Assembly: GCF_006345805.1 (NCBI RefSeq)
Contig: NC_043002.1
Location: 39,184,001 to 39,248,000, forward strand
Direction: 5' to 3'
Length of the DNA: 64,000 bases
Source: Octopus sinensis
Lineage: Eukaryota
Shown here: piece after piece, positions 26,885-40,169 of the stretch
Position numbering within the stretch: position 1 is the stretch's first letter
Layout of the letters: each line of letters begins with the position of its first letter
Notes under the pieces: generated by a model
Seen by the model: only the letters and a program-made list of their open reading frames with translations
Databases searched by the model: none
What the model was told of the DNA's origin: nothing
Translations under genes and position numbers: made by a program

Positions 26885-27030
26885 AGTGGCGAGCTGGCAG
26901 AGTTATTAAAGCGTTGATTTAAATGATTCGTGGAATTCGTTCCAATTCTCTGCAACCCGAGTTCAAACTCCACCGAGGTCAATTTGGCCTTTTATCCTTT
27001 CGGAGTAAATAAAAGAAGACACCAGCTAAG
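26885..27030 (+). mobile_element. SINE family D
   Basis: ggcgagctggcagag...gagttcaaactccaccgaggtc. Confidence 0.75.
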
Positions 27031-27349
27031 AGTAGTGGATTTCCAGAACTATTACGATATATTATATAGTATTTATTCCATATCTGTGCCGTTCTAAAAC
27101 CAACTCCTACACCGATGCTGGTACCAAACTAAATCAGTTTTCAGGTGGCACCCTTTTCTTGGACAACACCAGTGCAGTGGATAGGCGTAAACCTACCTGC
27201 AAAGGAAAACTGCCAGTCAGAAGTAAACAGAAAAAACTTTGCTCAGGCCTGCACCTAGAAAAACTGATACATGAGCAGATCTGACCAGCGGAAGTCCCCA
27301 TGTAATAGCATTCGAAGGACGGAATGAAAGGATTGCGAGTCGCTGTTTG

Positions 27350-27601
27350 GACGTTGGCGATTTGGCTCAGTTAACTGTATGTTGAACTTGTTTTAGCGAC
27401 AGTAATTTTTGGCACTGGAGGCAAACACGCTCGCTCACTTGCACAGAAATATACACATACAGTGAGAGAGAGGGGGAGGGAAAAGAGAGACTTTACAAGT
27501 TATTAACTGAATACGATTGACATAAACACCTTATTTTCCTCATACATATAAGAGAAATATGCTCACACGCATGAACAGATGCAGAGAGCGTGAAAGAAAG
27601 T

Positions 27602-27649
<48 letters not shown>

Positions 27650-27815
27650 AAAATAGACGGAAAGAAATATAGACAGAAATAAAGAGTGAGATGTGGCGGT
27701 AAACGACAGAAGCATTAAACGAGAATAACATTAAAACGTCTAATGTCAAGCAAGTCAGCATCGAATCATTGACGTCAAACAGGCGGCACCAAAACGGTTG
27801 TGCCAAAATGTTTCA
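27350..27815. repeat. Unclassified interspersed repeat H, copy 1
   Basis: Colinear with 32620-33145 (tgttttagcgacagt..ggcactggaggcaaac..aagtcagc(a/g)tcgaatca). Confidence 0.75.
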
Positions 27816-28512
27816 ATACTCTTTGAAACGATTGTTAGGCAGCGCTTCTTTCTTGATCCTCAGCCAATTCCGAGAGGGAGAGAAAGAAAGATCAGCTGTA
27901 GTATTTAAGAGCTTTAGTACTTAAGAGGAGTGAAAAGTCACTTCGCAGAGAATCGGAGCAAATATCGCGGGGCATTTTGTTCGACGCTCAAACGACTCTC
28001 ACAACCAATTCGTGGTGTGCGTGTACATGTCCGCACACACAAACACACACACACACACACACACATACATACATACATACATACATACATACATACATAC
28101 ATACCCATGTCTATGTATATGCGTGTGTGCATGTGTACGTGGGTGTGCATGTGTGGGAGTTGTGTATATGCACGTACTGTGTGTGTACATATTTATGAGT
28201 GCATCTGTGTGCATATCAAGGACGTGCCACCTGGGTAGGCAAGGTCGGCAGTGCCTACCCTGAATAAAATAGATCGATAGTAGTATTTTCCTTTTATGGA
28301 AAAATATGCACCTAATTGAAAAAAAATGATGAAGGTTACTCCGATTACTACGCACAAAATGCAAAATATTTTATTGTTTTGTAGACATAATATTTTATTG
28401 TTAAGTAGGCATAATTCGCCCCTGCCTTTCAATCTCAGTATTAAAGCTACGCATAATACTGCTGTAGTACACGTGCTGCGTACATTCCTACAACAACGTT
28501 TTCTGTACGCTC

Positions 28513-28548
28513 TATAAAGGCAGAAGTAAATCTACCTTCAACTCAGTC
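28513..28548 (+). promoter_or_regulatory. Candidate Pol II core promoter (TATA plus Inr)
   Basis: TATAAA at 28513-28518 and TCAGTC at 28543-28548, near-canonical spacing, in non-repeat sequence. Motif evidence only. Confidence 0.3.
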
Positions 28549-29828
28549 GCGCGCCTGTGTTTCGCTTATTTGTTTGCATGTTTTACTACATAAACGTCAC
28601 CAACTGCTTACCCTGAGTAATTACACACGGCACGTGCTTGATGCATATGTATGCGTGCATATGTATGTGTGCATACGTGTGTTTGTGTGTGCGCGCGCCT
28701 GTATGTGTGTGCGCGCGTATGTATGTGCGTGTTCGCGTTAGAGTGTCCTTGTGTGTGTATGTGTGTATGTATTATGAGTGTGTACGAACGCAGGCGGTGT
28801 GTGTACTTGTGTATCTACATATGCATGTATTTATGTTTATGAATATGCGTATGTATTGATATATGTGTAGACACGCACGCGCTGTGTGTGCCTGTGCTTG
28901 AATACGCATGCATGTGTGTGTGTGTGTGTGTGTGTGTGTATTAATATGTGTGTATGAGTGTTGTCAACACCAGCACGGAAAGAAATTACATTCAGATTTC
29001 ATTTGGGAAGTTTCCAATGAACCAGCGAGATCTTATCAACAGATTAATAGACAGGGCCTCGTGAAACCTAACCAGTTCCCATCGCAACTAGACATTATAT
29101 AAGCGACCACTTCTCGGGAAAATATCTAGAGATTTCAGGAATCACAATATTAAGACAATATTAAGTTCATTTGTGAAAACTAATTCCGTACTTGATGAAA
29201 CACCCATTATTCTGACAAGAGATCGAAGAGCGATATTTGTGTCATAAAACAGTATATTTTATGATGGAACGTTTTCGTCGATATTTTTGTGTTTTGGTTA
29301 TTTTTTTTACTGCTGGTTTTTTTTTCTTTTGGTACCAAATTCAATTTGTCGGATCGGTGGTTGGCTTGGAAACATTACAAATTAATTAAAAGCTTACTCT
29401 TTTGTTATTTTTATTTTTATTTTTTGTTTTAGTTCATAGTTTCTTGTTTTGGTTTTACATTTCATTATTTGGGTTGTTTTCTATTTGTTTTTTTTTTTAC
29501 TGTGATGTTGATGCCTGTTGTTTGGATGAGTAGCAGCAGCAGCAGCAGAAGCAGCAGAAGCAGCAGCAGCAGTAGTAGTAGTAGTAGTAGTAGTAGTAGT
29601 TATTGTCGTTGTTGCTATTGTTAACCCTATGTGTTTTACTGGCATAGTGCATCTAGCATTGCATCATTTAATATGTCCTTCCTTTTTCAAGTCAGCATTT
29701 CTAGCAAACAGAGCGATCCCATAAAAGTTTCGTCATTGGTTCGAATGGTATTTGTTGCTGTGGTTTCGTCCTGGTTCGGCTCCAATGCCTAACTTGATGA
29801 AACACCCATTATTCCGACAAGAGATCGA

Positions 29829-30051
29829 CTCATAAGGGCCGGTTTCCCGATTTCATGGCGTATAAATTCCCCACCCGGACGGAACACCGGTCCGTCGCAG
29901 GATTACTCATTTTTGCCAGCTGAGTGGGCTGGAGCAACGTGAAATGAAGTGTTTTGCTCAAGAGCACAACGCGTTACCCTGTACAGGAATCGAAACCACA
30001 ACTTTACGACCATGAGTCCAACACCCTAACCACTAAGTCACACGCCTCCAC
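29829..30051 (-). mobile_element. SINE family C with RTE-like tail
   Basis: Head C plus tail gtccgggtggggaatttatacgccatgaaatcgggaaaccggcccttatgag, shared with the SINE at 602. Confidence 0.85.
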
Positions 30052-30466
30052 CTCCATTCTGATGAAGTAGATATATGATTAAAAGGCATTCCAGCCGGGG
30101 CCATCCCGTCTTATTTTACTTTTCAGACACAGTCCACCTAAAATTACAGTATTCAGCGGGACAGTGGAGTATCCAGAGTGTGTGTCATCCAGGAAAGCTC
30201 TTGAACTTGCCTCTCCCCACCACGTTCCCCATACATGCTTAATCAAAATACCGTTCCGTAAAAGCATCACTCAATATAGATCTCCCTTCCTCGCCCCTCT
30301 CCTAATTACGCAGCTTACTGGAGTGAGGTTTTCTTTTGAAGATGCTATGATGCGATTTGCGGTAGTTTTGGTTATTTCTATTTCTAGCAACTCGATTTCT
30401 GAATGGCACGCCTAGCGAAAAACGTCGATAGAATTTGAAAACGGTGTAAGGTTGAAGCACTTGGTT

Positions 30467-30612
30467 CAGCTATGGGCAAACCGCGGTCCGTTAGACTTCC
30501 TGAATGGCACACCTAGCGAAAAATTACCTTAAATCTTTTTTAATTGTGCAGACCACCTGATGATGAGACATGTTTCGTGCGGCCTGCCTCTCAAAAATGT
30601 TGCCCATGTCTA
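30467..30612. mobile_element. Small hAT-like MITE
   Basis: Ends cagctatgggcaaac..cggtccg and cggcc..gttgcccatgtct; no clean 8-bp TSD. Confidence 0.5.
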
Positions 30613-32619
30613 ATGGGAATCAATGATTTTTGCTATCGATCTTCGGCTTGATTTCTAAAAAAGGCGACACAAGCTCGCGCATTTGGCTGAGAAAGCGTAC
30701 TGTCGGTTTATTTGATACTAAGCCATGACTGGTATTTTTTATGATATAATATAATAAATATAATATAATATATTTTATAATATTATTAGAAGCATGAAAG
30801 GTAAAGTCTGACTCCGATAGAACTTAAACATAAAGACCCATAACTTAATACTGCAAGCATTTTATCTGGCAGCCTACCAATTCCGCTGGTTGCGGTTATT
30901 CTTTAGTAAAGATTTCTAACTCAGAGTGTAGCCAATTATGGTTGATTCCAGTCATTTATTTTATTTTTTCGATCTTGAAGGGAAGGATGAAAAACAAAAT
31001 TACTCTCAGCGAGATTTGAACTCAGACCATAAAGGAGAGTAGCTAAAAACTACAAGGCATTTTTCTGTTGCTGTAACGATCCTGATAACCACCGGTCTTC
31101 TTTAATATTGTTATCCTTTAAGGTTGTCGCAATGAGGACTGTTTCATCGTGACATCCACGTGATAATCCGGTTTCCAAGAAACAGTAGCAAAATCTTCTT
31201 AAAATTTCGCCACACTTCCGCCTTAAGAAAGAAAAACGAATAATACATTGAGCAATGTAATCTTAGATATACAGACAGAAAAAACAGTCATGCTTGGAAT
31301 ACCTTCGATTAAAGGTTTGCCCAGTATTGACTTTTAACCCAGTGTTAACTCTGTGTCTGTTATGTGTATTGCATGTAATACACTGGGCATATTTCCTGAT
31401 GCCCTTGCATCATATATGATACACATTCGCTATTTTTAAAGAACCAGAGTAGCTTGGTACTTATGACAGTAAAGCTTTATATTAATCGAAACGTATGAAA
31501 CAAGAGCTAACTATAAGTCTGAAAACAAGAATGAGCGTTTATGACAAACTTATTAAAATGAATTAAACAGGCAAAGTGTAAACAGTATATTGGGGAAGAA
31601 TAAATAGCTAGCCGCAGACATTTGCTGCTGTTCCAAGCTGGACTGCTAGTCTGAAAGTTTGGATGGCAGATTCTGTCATGTATTAAAAGCTGCCGCACTC
31701 TTTTCGTAGCAAAGTTAATTCCCAATAGGTCAGTTGGTAGATTATTAAATGATGTTTAGTATAATAGGTTTGATATATTCAGTATATTTATTTATATAAT
31801 GGATGAGAGTTTTATATAGAAATTATAAGTAAGAAATAGATAAATTGGTGCCATCGTCTGCAGTTATACATATAATTTAAATTAAAAACTTTTGGTTGAA
31901 AATAAAGTAAAATAAACGTTAATATATGAGGAAGAAGCACTGTGGAAATGGTTGTTGTTTCATTAATTATCATTACTAGATTCAGTTTCTTTCGTGGTCA
32001 TGGATTCCTAATTGATGAGTCTTGTTATACAGACTTGCCCCAAATACATTGTGGGGAAAGTATTTTGCGGCACCCCAACGATACAATTGCATTCAGGGAT
32101 ACACTACTGCCCTTGAGTAGATCCTGCGCAATTTAGCTTGTTAGAGAACACAAATTCGTAGTTGAATAAATGGATGGATAGCTAGATAGCAATATGCATA
32201 GCCGGTTGGCTGGCTGGCTGGATGGATGGCTGGATGGATGGATGGATGGATGGATGGATGGATGGGTGGATGAGCTGGTAGATGGATGATTAGATAAATT
32301 AATGGTGAATGGCTAGGTGGATACGAAGAGATGAAATTACAGAAATTTTTTTCAAGAATATGCATACGCCAAGATAATCTTGAAACACAAGACCATTTTC
32401 TTTAAGAAAAGTAAAAGGATAAAATTTCCCAAAGTTAATGCATGACGCTGCGTTCTCTCTTTTTTTTTTCTCCAACTTTTTGTATAACTAGATAACATAA
32501 TACGGGAAGTAGGCAGCGAACTGGCAGGGTCGTTAGAGCGTCGGGTAGGTTGCCTAACAGAATTCATTCCAGCTCTCTACGTACTCAGCTCAAATACCCA
32601 GAATGAGATGACTGGGTGC

Positions 32620-32746
32620 GGCTTCTTTGTCGCTATAGCAAAGTTGACTTGACACTGAACCTGTTTTAGCGACAGTTATTTTTGGCACTGGAGGCAAACG
32701 CGTGCACAGAAATATACTCATGCAAGTAGAGAATATGGATGAGAGA

Positions 32747-32789
<43 letters not shown>

Positions 32790-33145
32790 CAATTTATCAG
32801 TTGAACATGATTGGCATAACACTTTCACTCTCCTTATGCACATAATGGGAAATATGCTAACACATAAATAGGGAGAGGAAATAGAACGAGAGACAGAGAG
32901 AGAGCAATTACAATTTATCAATTGAACATGATCGACATAAACACTTTCCCTCTCCTCAAATACACAATAAAGAGTGATATGCTCGCATATGATCACAACA
33001 GAGAGAACGAGCGAGTCGGAGGGAAAGTGCAAGTAAAACATTGAAACAAAAGAAGCATTAAAATGTCTACAGTCAAATAAGTCAGCGTCGAATCAGCGAC
33101 GCCAAATAGGTAAGGCCAAAAGGGCTGCGTTAAAACATTTCATGC
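32620..33145. repeat. Unclassified interspersed repeat H, copy 2, with an internal tandem duplication
   Basis: Matches 27350-27815; ttacaatttatca.ttgaacatgat..cataa occurs twice. Confidence 0.75.
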
Positions 33146-33409
33146 CCTCAAACCTCAACGGGGTCAGCTTTGTCTCTCATCTTTTCGAGGTCGTAAAACA
33201 AAGTACTCGTCATTTCGGCCATTGCTACTACAACGGCTCAAAGCAACAATAGATCGCTCATCATCGGAAACGACGAAATATCCACCACCGAGATAAGACT
33301 TTAGTACATTCATTTATTGATATACTTCAGTTTACATATAAAAGATATTACATCAAGGAAAAGAATTATCAAGGAAAAGAATTATACGTATTTCACGTGT
33401 TTAATTTCC

Positions 33410-33615
33410 TTATGGCTGTGTGGTAAGAAGCTTGTTTCCCAACCACATGGTTCTAGGTTCAGTCCAACTACGTGACACCTAAGATAAGTGTCTTTTACTA
33501 TAGACCCGGGCCGACAAAAGCCCTGTGAGTGGGTTTGGTAGAAGGAATCTGAAAGAAGCTCATTGTACGTGTGTGTGAGAGAGAGGGGGGGAGTGTGCGT
33601 GCCTGTGTGTGTGTG

Positions 33616-33662
<47 letters not shown>

Positions 33663-33870
33663 ACATGCGTGTGTTTACGTTTGCTTGTGCTTGTCCCCAT
33701 CATCGCTTGACAACCGGTGTTGGTTTGTTTACGTCCCTTAACTTAGTGATTTGGCAAAAGACACCAATAGAATGAGTACCAGGCCAAAAAATAAGTACGA
33801 CTAAAACCATTCAAAGCAATGCTCCAGCATAGCCGCAGTCCAGCGACTGAAATAAGCAAATGATAAGATA
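33410..33870 (+). mobile_element. SINE family B
   Basis: Full-length, with internal (TG)n. Confidence 0.85.
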
Positions 33871-34154
33871 AAGCATAGAAATTGGAAAATGCCCACAAGT
33901 TTGGCGTCATGTTTAGGTTCAAATAAAGATTTATCTTGAACCAAAACGATTTTAAGAGATCTGTAACTATTAAGCCCAACATATGGTAGTAATGGGTTCT
34001 CTGTCAGCGTCGACGATGACCACTCAGTTGTTCAACCAATTAAATTCTCATTTGTGAAGTTAACCTATAGGTAACAGTGTATTCCACAGGCTCGTATACT
34101 TTTAAGAGTAATTCAGATCGAATCAGCAAGAAAAGTTTGGACCATACTAAAGGG

Positions 34155-34268
34155 AGGAGGAGGAGGAGAAGAAGAAGAAGAAGAAGAAGAAGAGAAGAAG
34201 AAGAAGAAGAAGAAGAAGAAGAAGAAGAAGAAGAAGAAGAAGAAGAAGAAGAAGAAGAAGAAGAAGAT
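34155..34268. repeat. (GGA)n(GAA)n microsatellite
   Basis: Direct inspection. Confidence 0.98.
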
Positions 34269-35164
34269 ACCTATACTGGTTTGATATTTTATTTAATGAC
34301 TCTGAAAAAATGAAAGGTAAAACTAACGTTACTTCGGCGTGGTTCGAACTCATAGCACAGACATCTGAAATAAATATTCTTTTCTTCTGTAGGCACAAGG
34401 CTCGACATCTGGAATAACTATTTTAGGGTATTCTACGTTACGCTCTTCACCGTCTTACTCGTGCAAATACAAAGGAATAAAACTATCTAGAATTATCGCT
34501 TAGAACCCCAGATACTTTTTTTCCTTTTCGTTTTCCTTTTCCCACCCTTCATCCTGATTGAACAAACAAATGGACTAAGATCATCTTTGCAAATAGGTTA
34601 GCTCTGTCAGGCTTCGTGCTATAACACGAAACTATAGGTCCTTGAGTAATTGATATAGCGGCACTGCAATAAATAAAAGGACATGGGTGTATTAGTTTGA
34701 CGATCATGAAAAATGGAAAAGTCTTTGACATTTCGAACCTACGCCCTTCGAAAGAAAGGGTTGAGGAAAAAATGAAGAGAGAAAGAGAAAAACGGAGAGA
34801 GAGTAAAAACGTGGCAGGATTCATGGTTCCACACATATATAAATGTATGTATGTATGTATGTATGTATGTATGTATGTATGTATGTATGTATGTATGTAT
34901 GTATGTATGCATGTATGTGTGAAGGTGTGTATGTATGTATATTTTATTTTTTAAGTTTTTAAGTCATTGAATTCTGGCCTCATTGGGGCGCCGTCATCTT
35001 AAAGGGTGTTAGCCAATTTTATCGACACCAGAAACTAGTCTGGTAAATATTTTATCAACCTCTGTTTACCTAACGGCTAAATTCACCAACTAATTTACAT
35101 CCCTGTAAGGATATACAGGTAACACGATTTTTTACACAGAATTCAAAAACAAAGATATTCATGC

Positions 35165-35404
<240 letters not shown>

Positions 35405-35536
35405 GTTTGTGTGCTGCTTCCGTCTTCCAGATTTTACTCAATAAGCATTTGTCAACTCCAATACACAGATAAAAGAAATACATGTTCAAGATGCCACGTG
35501 GCTGTGAACCGAATTACTAAACTACCCAGTCACACC

Positions 35537-35583
<47 letters not shown>

Positions 35584-37499
35584 ATACACACATACACACA
35601 CACTAACACACACCATCCTTTACACATTACTCGCACTGTACTGTTCCAGTTTAGAATGGTTTTAAGCTTTTTTTTTAGTTTGTTGCTGTTGTTTTTTAAT
35701 TTATGTATCCAGAATAGTCATTCCATCATTTCAATTTCCGTTTATATATATATATATACATATGTGTGTGTGTGTGTGTGTATGTATGTATATATATGCA
35801 CACACACAGACACTCACACACGCACACTCACATACGTATGTGTGTGTGTGCGCGTGCGTGCGTTACTTTCATTTCACTTTTTTTGATAGTGATATAGTCC
35901 GTGTTAATTAACGCTGGAATTAGATTTTTGTTGTTGTTGTTGTTGTTGCTTTGTTATATGAACTGAATAGTAGAGTTTTGAATGTGATGAAATCAGTTTC
36001 TCTGGAAATGGAAATTGATATATTAAATCGACTTCAAAATAGAATGGAAAGATTTCAACAGAAACTGTAAAACAGTTTAATATTTAACAAAGTAACTAAT
36101 AGAACATGTAAAAAAAAAAGACGAAAGAAACACTTAGAGCCCGTATAATTACTAGATCATCAATCAGTTTAAAACACACATCATACATATGTAGTAACAC
36201 TATGGAGATGATAGACGAAGCTTTATTATTTTGGATAGAATACAAAACCCAATATTACAACAGTACTCATGTGTGTGCGTGAGAGAGAGAGAGAGAGAGA
36301 GAGAGTGAGTGAGTGAGAGAGAGAGAGTGAGTGAGAGAGAGAGAGAGTGAGTGAGAGAGAGTGAGTGAGAGAGAGAGAGAGGCGGGGAGAGAAATAAACG
36401 TGTTTGCTTTCCTCATTTTAAGAAATAATTATTTAGATTTTATCTTTGTCTGTTTTCTTTATTAAAAATGGTTTCTGATTTAGAAACCGTAGTTTTGGGA
36501 AAAAAAAGATTTTGTCGATGAAATCGACTGCAATGCATGACTGGTAATTTATTTCATCGAACCCAAATGATGAAAAAAAGTTTGATCTCGGAACGTAGGA
36601 TCGGAACAAATATAGTAATGCCTTTTTCCGATGCTCTAATGATTTTTTTGCCAACCCGCCGACTTAATAATTAATTAATATCATTAATAACACATCTCCC
36701 GCGTTTAACACGATTTCAATTTGTATGGCCACTCGTGGAACCCAGTCCACCGTAAGCCATTCGTCTACTCTTTCCGGAAGGGAGATAATTCCAATAAATC
36801 AAAACTTTCTCTTAAATAGTAATAATAAACACTTATTCGTCTTTGTTCTTCAAATACACGCCTCTGACTACTCAGAGATGGTTTCCTTTACTCATTTTTG
36901 TTAAATTTATGCAAATTATCTAGACTGTAAATAGCCAACATAACTTGCTCTTTGGCTGGAAGATACGTTTGCATGTCTCATCAGTTGAAGATGAGCTATA
37001 ATAACTGCTGTGCTAAAGATGCCTATTGAGGCAGAAGTACGTAACCATAGTTGAAGTTTTGTTGTCATACAACCAGTCTGTCTTTTCCTTAAAGGCATTT
37101 CAATTTTGGAGAAATTATTTAAAGTTGATACCTGTTGCTATCAAGCTACATCAGTGACTTAAGAACCTACAGTTTCACACGAGGACGCATGAAATTTTGA
37201 TACTCTGGCACGAAACTATTGGTCTTTGAGTCACTGATATTGATTCACTACCATAAATATGATAATGTAGATACGCACACACGCGCGCGCACGTACACAC
37301 ATATTTGAAGGCTGGGGTGTGTTGGCACACATTAAGAAATATGAGCTTTGTTAAAATTTCAATTTATGTATGGACTTAGTTTTCTAAATAAAACTTTTTT
37401 TAATGCATTAAACAAAATATTGAATTAGAATACAGATGTTTGCTGAGGATTAATCCAGATGTTCTTCTATGGGAAATATACTGTATGTATGTATGTATG

Positions 37500-37531
<32 letters not shown>

Positions 37532-37570
37532 TGTATGTATGTATGTATGTATGTATATATGTATGTATGT

Positions 37571-39903
37571 ACCAGTAGCACTCGAAAGTGGCCTGACATG
37601 TGGAATACGTGGTGGAGTAAGAAGGCTGATGAGATACAGGCGGCGTCGGATTCCAATAACACAAAGCTGTTGTATGGTCTCTGGCGAGAAGTTTATGGAC
37701 CGACTTCTTCTCTGATGACACCACTTCGAAGCAGGGATGATGGTAAAGAACTCTACGTGAATTTTGCGAAGGTGGCGAGAACACTTTGATGAACTTTTGA
37801 ATCAGCAGTCTGTAGTTAGTGAGGATGTTCTCAATCTCATCCCTGAATTACCTGAGAAGGCGGCTGTTGCAGAACCACCAACGCTGGAAGAAGTTGCTGT
37901 GGCTGTCTCAAGGATGAATAATGGGAGGTCTCCGGGTATGGATGGCATACATGTGGAGTTGCTACAGCATTGTAGTGAGAAACTTCTGCAGCAACTTCAC
38001 TCTTTGTTTGGTAAGATATGGGCTAGTGAATCTGTACCTGAGGACTGGAGTGATACAGTAATGGTGGTCTTATATAAGGGAAAGGGCAACAGGAATGATT
38101 GTTGTAACAATAAGGAAATATCATTGCTTCTTGTCATAGTAAAGGTTTTATGCAGGGTACTTCTGGATCGTCTGCTGAAACATGTTGCAGATTGTGTTCT
38201 TCCAGAAAGTCAATCTGGCTTTTGCGTGGGACGCGGCACTGCGGATGTGATCTTTTCAGCTAGACAGCTTCAGAAGTGTATGGAACAGGGTCTGGATTTA
38301 TATCAGGTTTTTGTCAATCTAACAAAAGCCTTTGATACTTTTAATAGAAATGCACTGTGGAAAGTCCTCCAGAAACTTGGGTGTCCTGAAAAGTTCCTTG
38401 CTTTGGTTAGGTCTTTTCACGAAGACGAAGGGTTTGGTTAATGTTTGAGATAAAATGTCGAAGCCTATCTCTAGAGTGAAACAGGGGGAAATTCTGACAC
38501 CGACCCTATTTGCCATATATTTTGCGATGGTGTTCTGTATTGCGTTCAAAAACTGCAGATATGGTGTTTACATCCATTATCGAACCTCTGGCAGCATGTT
38601 TAATATCAGGCGCTTTGCTGCAAAAACAAAGGTATTTACCTCTATCATAAGAGGCCTTTTGTATGCAGGTGATTGTGATCTAGTAGAGTACACAGAGATT
38701 GATATGCAACACATTTTGAATGCATTCTCTGATGCTTGCACTGCCTTAGGATTGACAGTCAGTCTCAAGAAAACTGTTGTCATGTACCAACCTGCCCCTG
38801 GTAGGCAGAATAGCGAACCAAATATCTATGTGTATGGTAAATGACTTGGTGTAGTTGATCAGTTTGTCTACCTGAGAAGTACTCTTAATAGATACAGCAA
38901 TTTGGATAATGAAATTCCATACAGAATTAGGAAAGCAAGTGATGCTTTCGGAAGGCTAGAAAGGCGCCTCTGGAGTCGGCGAGATATATGCAGAAAGACA
39001 AAGATAAAGGTGTACAAGGCGCGTGTGCTCTCTTCTTTATGCCTGCGAGACGTGGGTCACATATCGATACTACCTTAAACAACTGGAACATTTCCATTAG
39101 ATGTGTCTCAGACGGATCTATGGCATTAAGTGGGTTGACCGCATCAGTAATCTTGAGATATTGGAAAGCTCTCGGTGTGAAAGAATAGAAGCTCTTATAT
39201 TGAAGCAAAGGCTCAGATGGAGTGGTTATCTGGTTAGGATAAAATATTCAAGGATGCCAAAACAACTCTTTTATGGAGAGTTTGCTAAAAGAGAACGACC
39301 TCCACATAAACCAAAAAAGAGGCGTAAAGATTTGCTGAATGTCTCCTTAAGAGATGCTAGCATCTCTCCTGACACACGGGAGGGCATAAGTATTGATCGT
39401 AGCAGGTGGAGAAGGATTGTGTGCGAGGGGACAGCTACTTTTGAGAAATCTCGAGTTGCGCATGAGAAAATAAGAAGGGATGTCGGGCAGGGCATCGCTG
39501 TTGCACTTCCAGATGGTAAGGGTCTTACTATGATGCTGACTTGCAGTGTGTGCAAAACAATGCCTCAGTAAAGCTGGACTCAAGAGTCATCTTCGTAATC
39601 ATAAAGCGAGACTGATGATTGACAACCAGGCCGCTGGTGGTGGTGTTACACACCATACTAATCATATCTGTCAGGCATGTGGAAGGGAATGTGATTCGGT
39701 GGGAAGACTTAAACGACATGCAAAGGTACATGAAGCCCAGTTACAACTACAGCCGGCTATTGCCGGTAAAGGTTTTAGCTACCAATTCTGTACAAGACAT
39801 TGTAGATTTTTAGCTGGGCTAAAAAGTCACGTTCGGTCACAGCACCGGTAACAGTTAAGCTTCAAACAATAGCCATACTCGATAACGAGGGGTCAACCAT
39901 CAT
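37571..39903 (+). mobile_element. 5'-truncated RTE (BovB-like) LINE: RT pseudogene with three C-terminal C2H2 fingers
   Basis: Fragmented ORF: SPGMDGI..LYKGKG..LPESQSGF..VNLTKAFD..VKQG..LLYAGD..GLTVSLKKT..FVYL..LRWSG..RMPKQLFYGE; 3' stem-loop CTCG-ATAA-CGAG at 39878-39889; no endonuclease domain. Confidence 0.95.
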
Positions 39904-40042
39904 GTATTTATGTACTTATGTGTTTGTCGATCTGTCTATCTATCCATGTAGCTAACTATTGTATGTGTATATATATATATATGTGTGTATATATATAATA
40001 TATATAATATTATATATATTATATATATATATATAATATATA

Positions 40043-40084
<42 letters not shown>

Positions 40085-40123
40085 ATATATATATTTGTAA
40101 AAAATATATTAGATAAATTTTAA

Positions 40124-40169
40124 TTTTACATGTTTCGGTTCTTGAAATAACGAACCTTATCAAAAAAAA
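40124..40169 (-). ncRNA. Degenerate minimal type I hammerhead ribozyme motif
   Basis: UUGAUAA-[GGUUC/GAACC]-GAAACAUGUA with a U/A-run stem I; two core substitutions (C3U, G8A). Confidence 0.5.

Noticed and set aside
28228-28255. 9-bp hairpin GGGTAGGCA..TGCCTACCC
   Set aside because: Isolated short stem of a kind common at non-autonomous transposon ends; nothing else supports a function.
29162-29185. Resemblance to bantam miRNA (..tcatttgtgaaaactaatt)
   Set aside because: The seed is mismatched and no precursor hairpin is evident.
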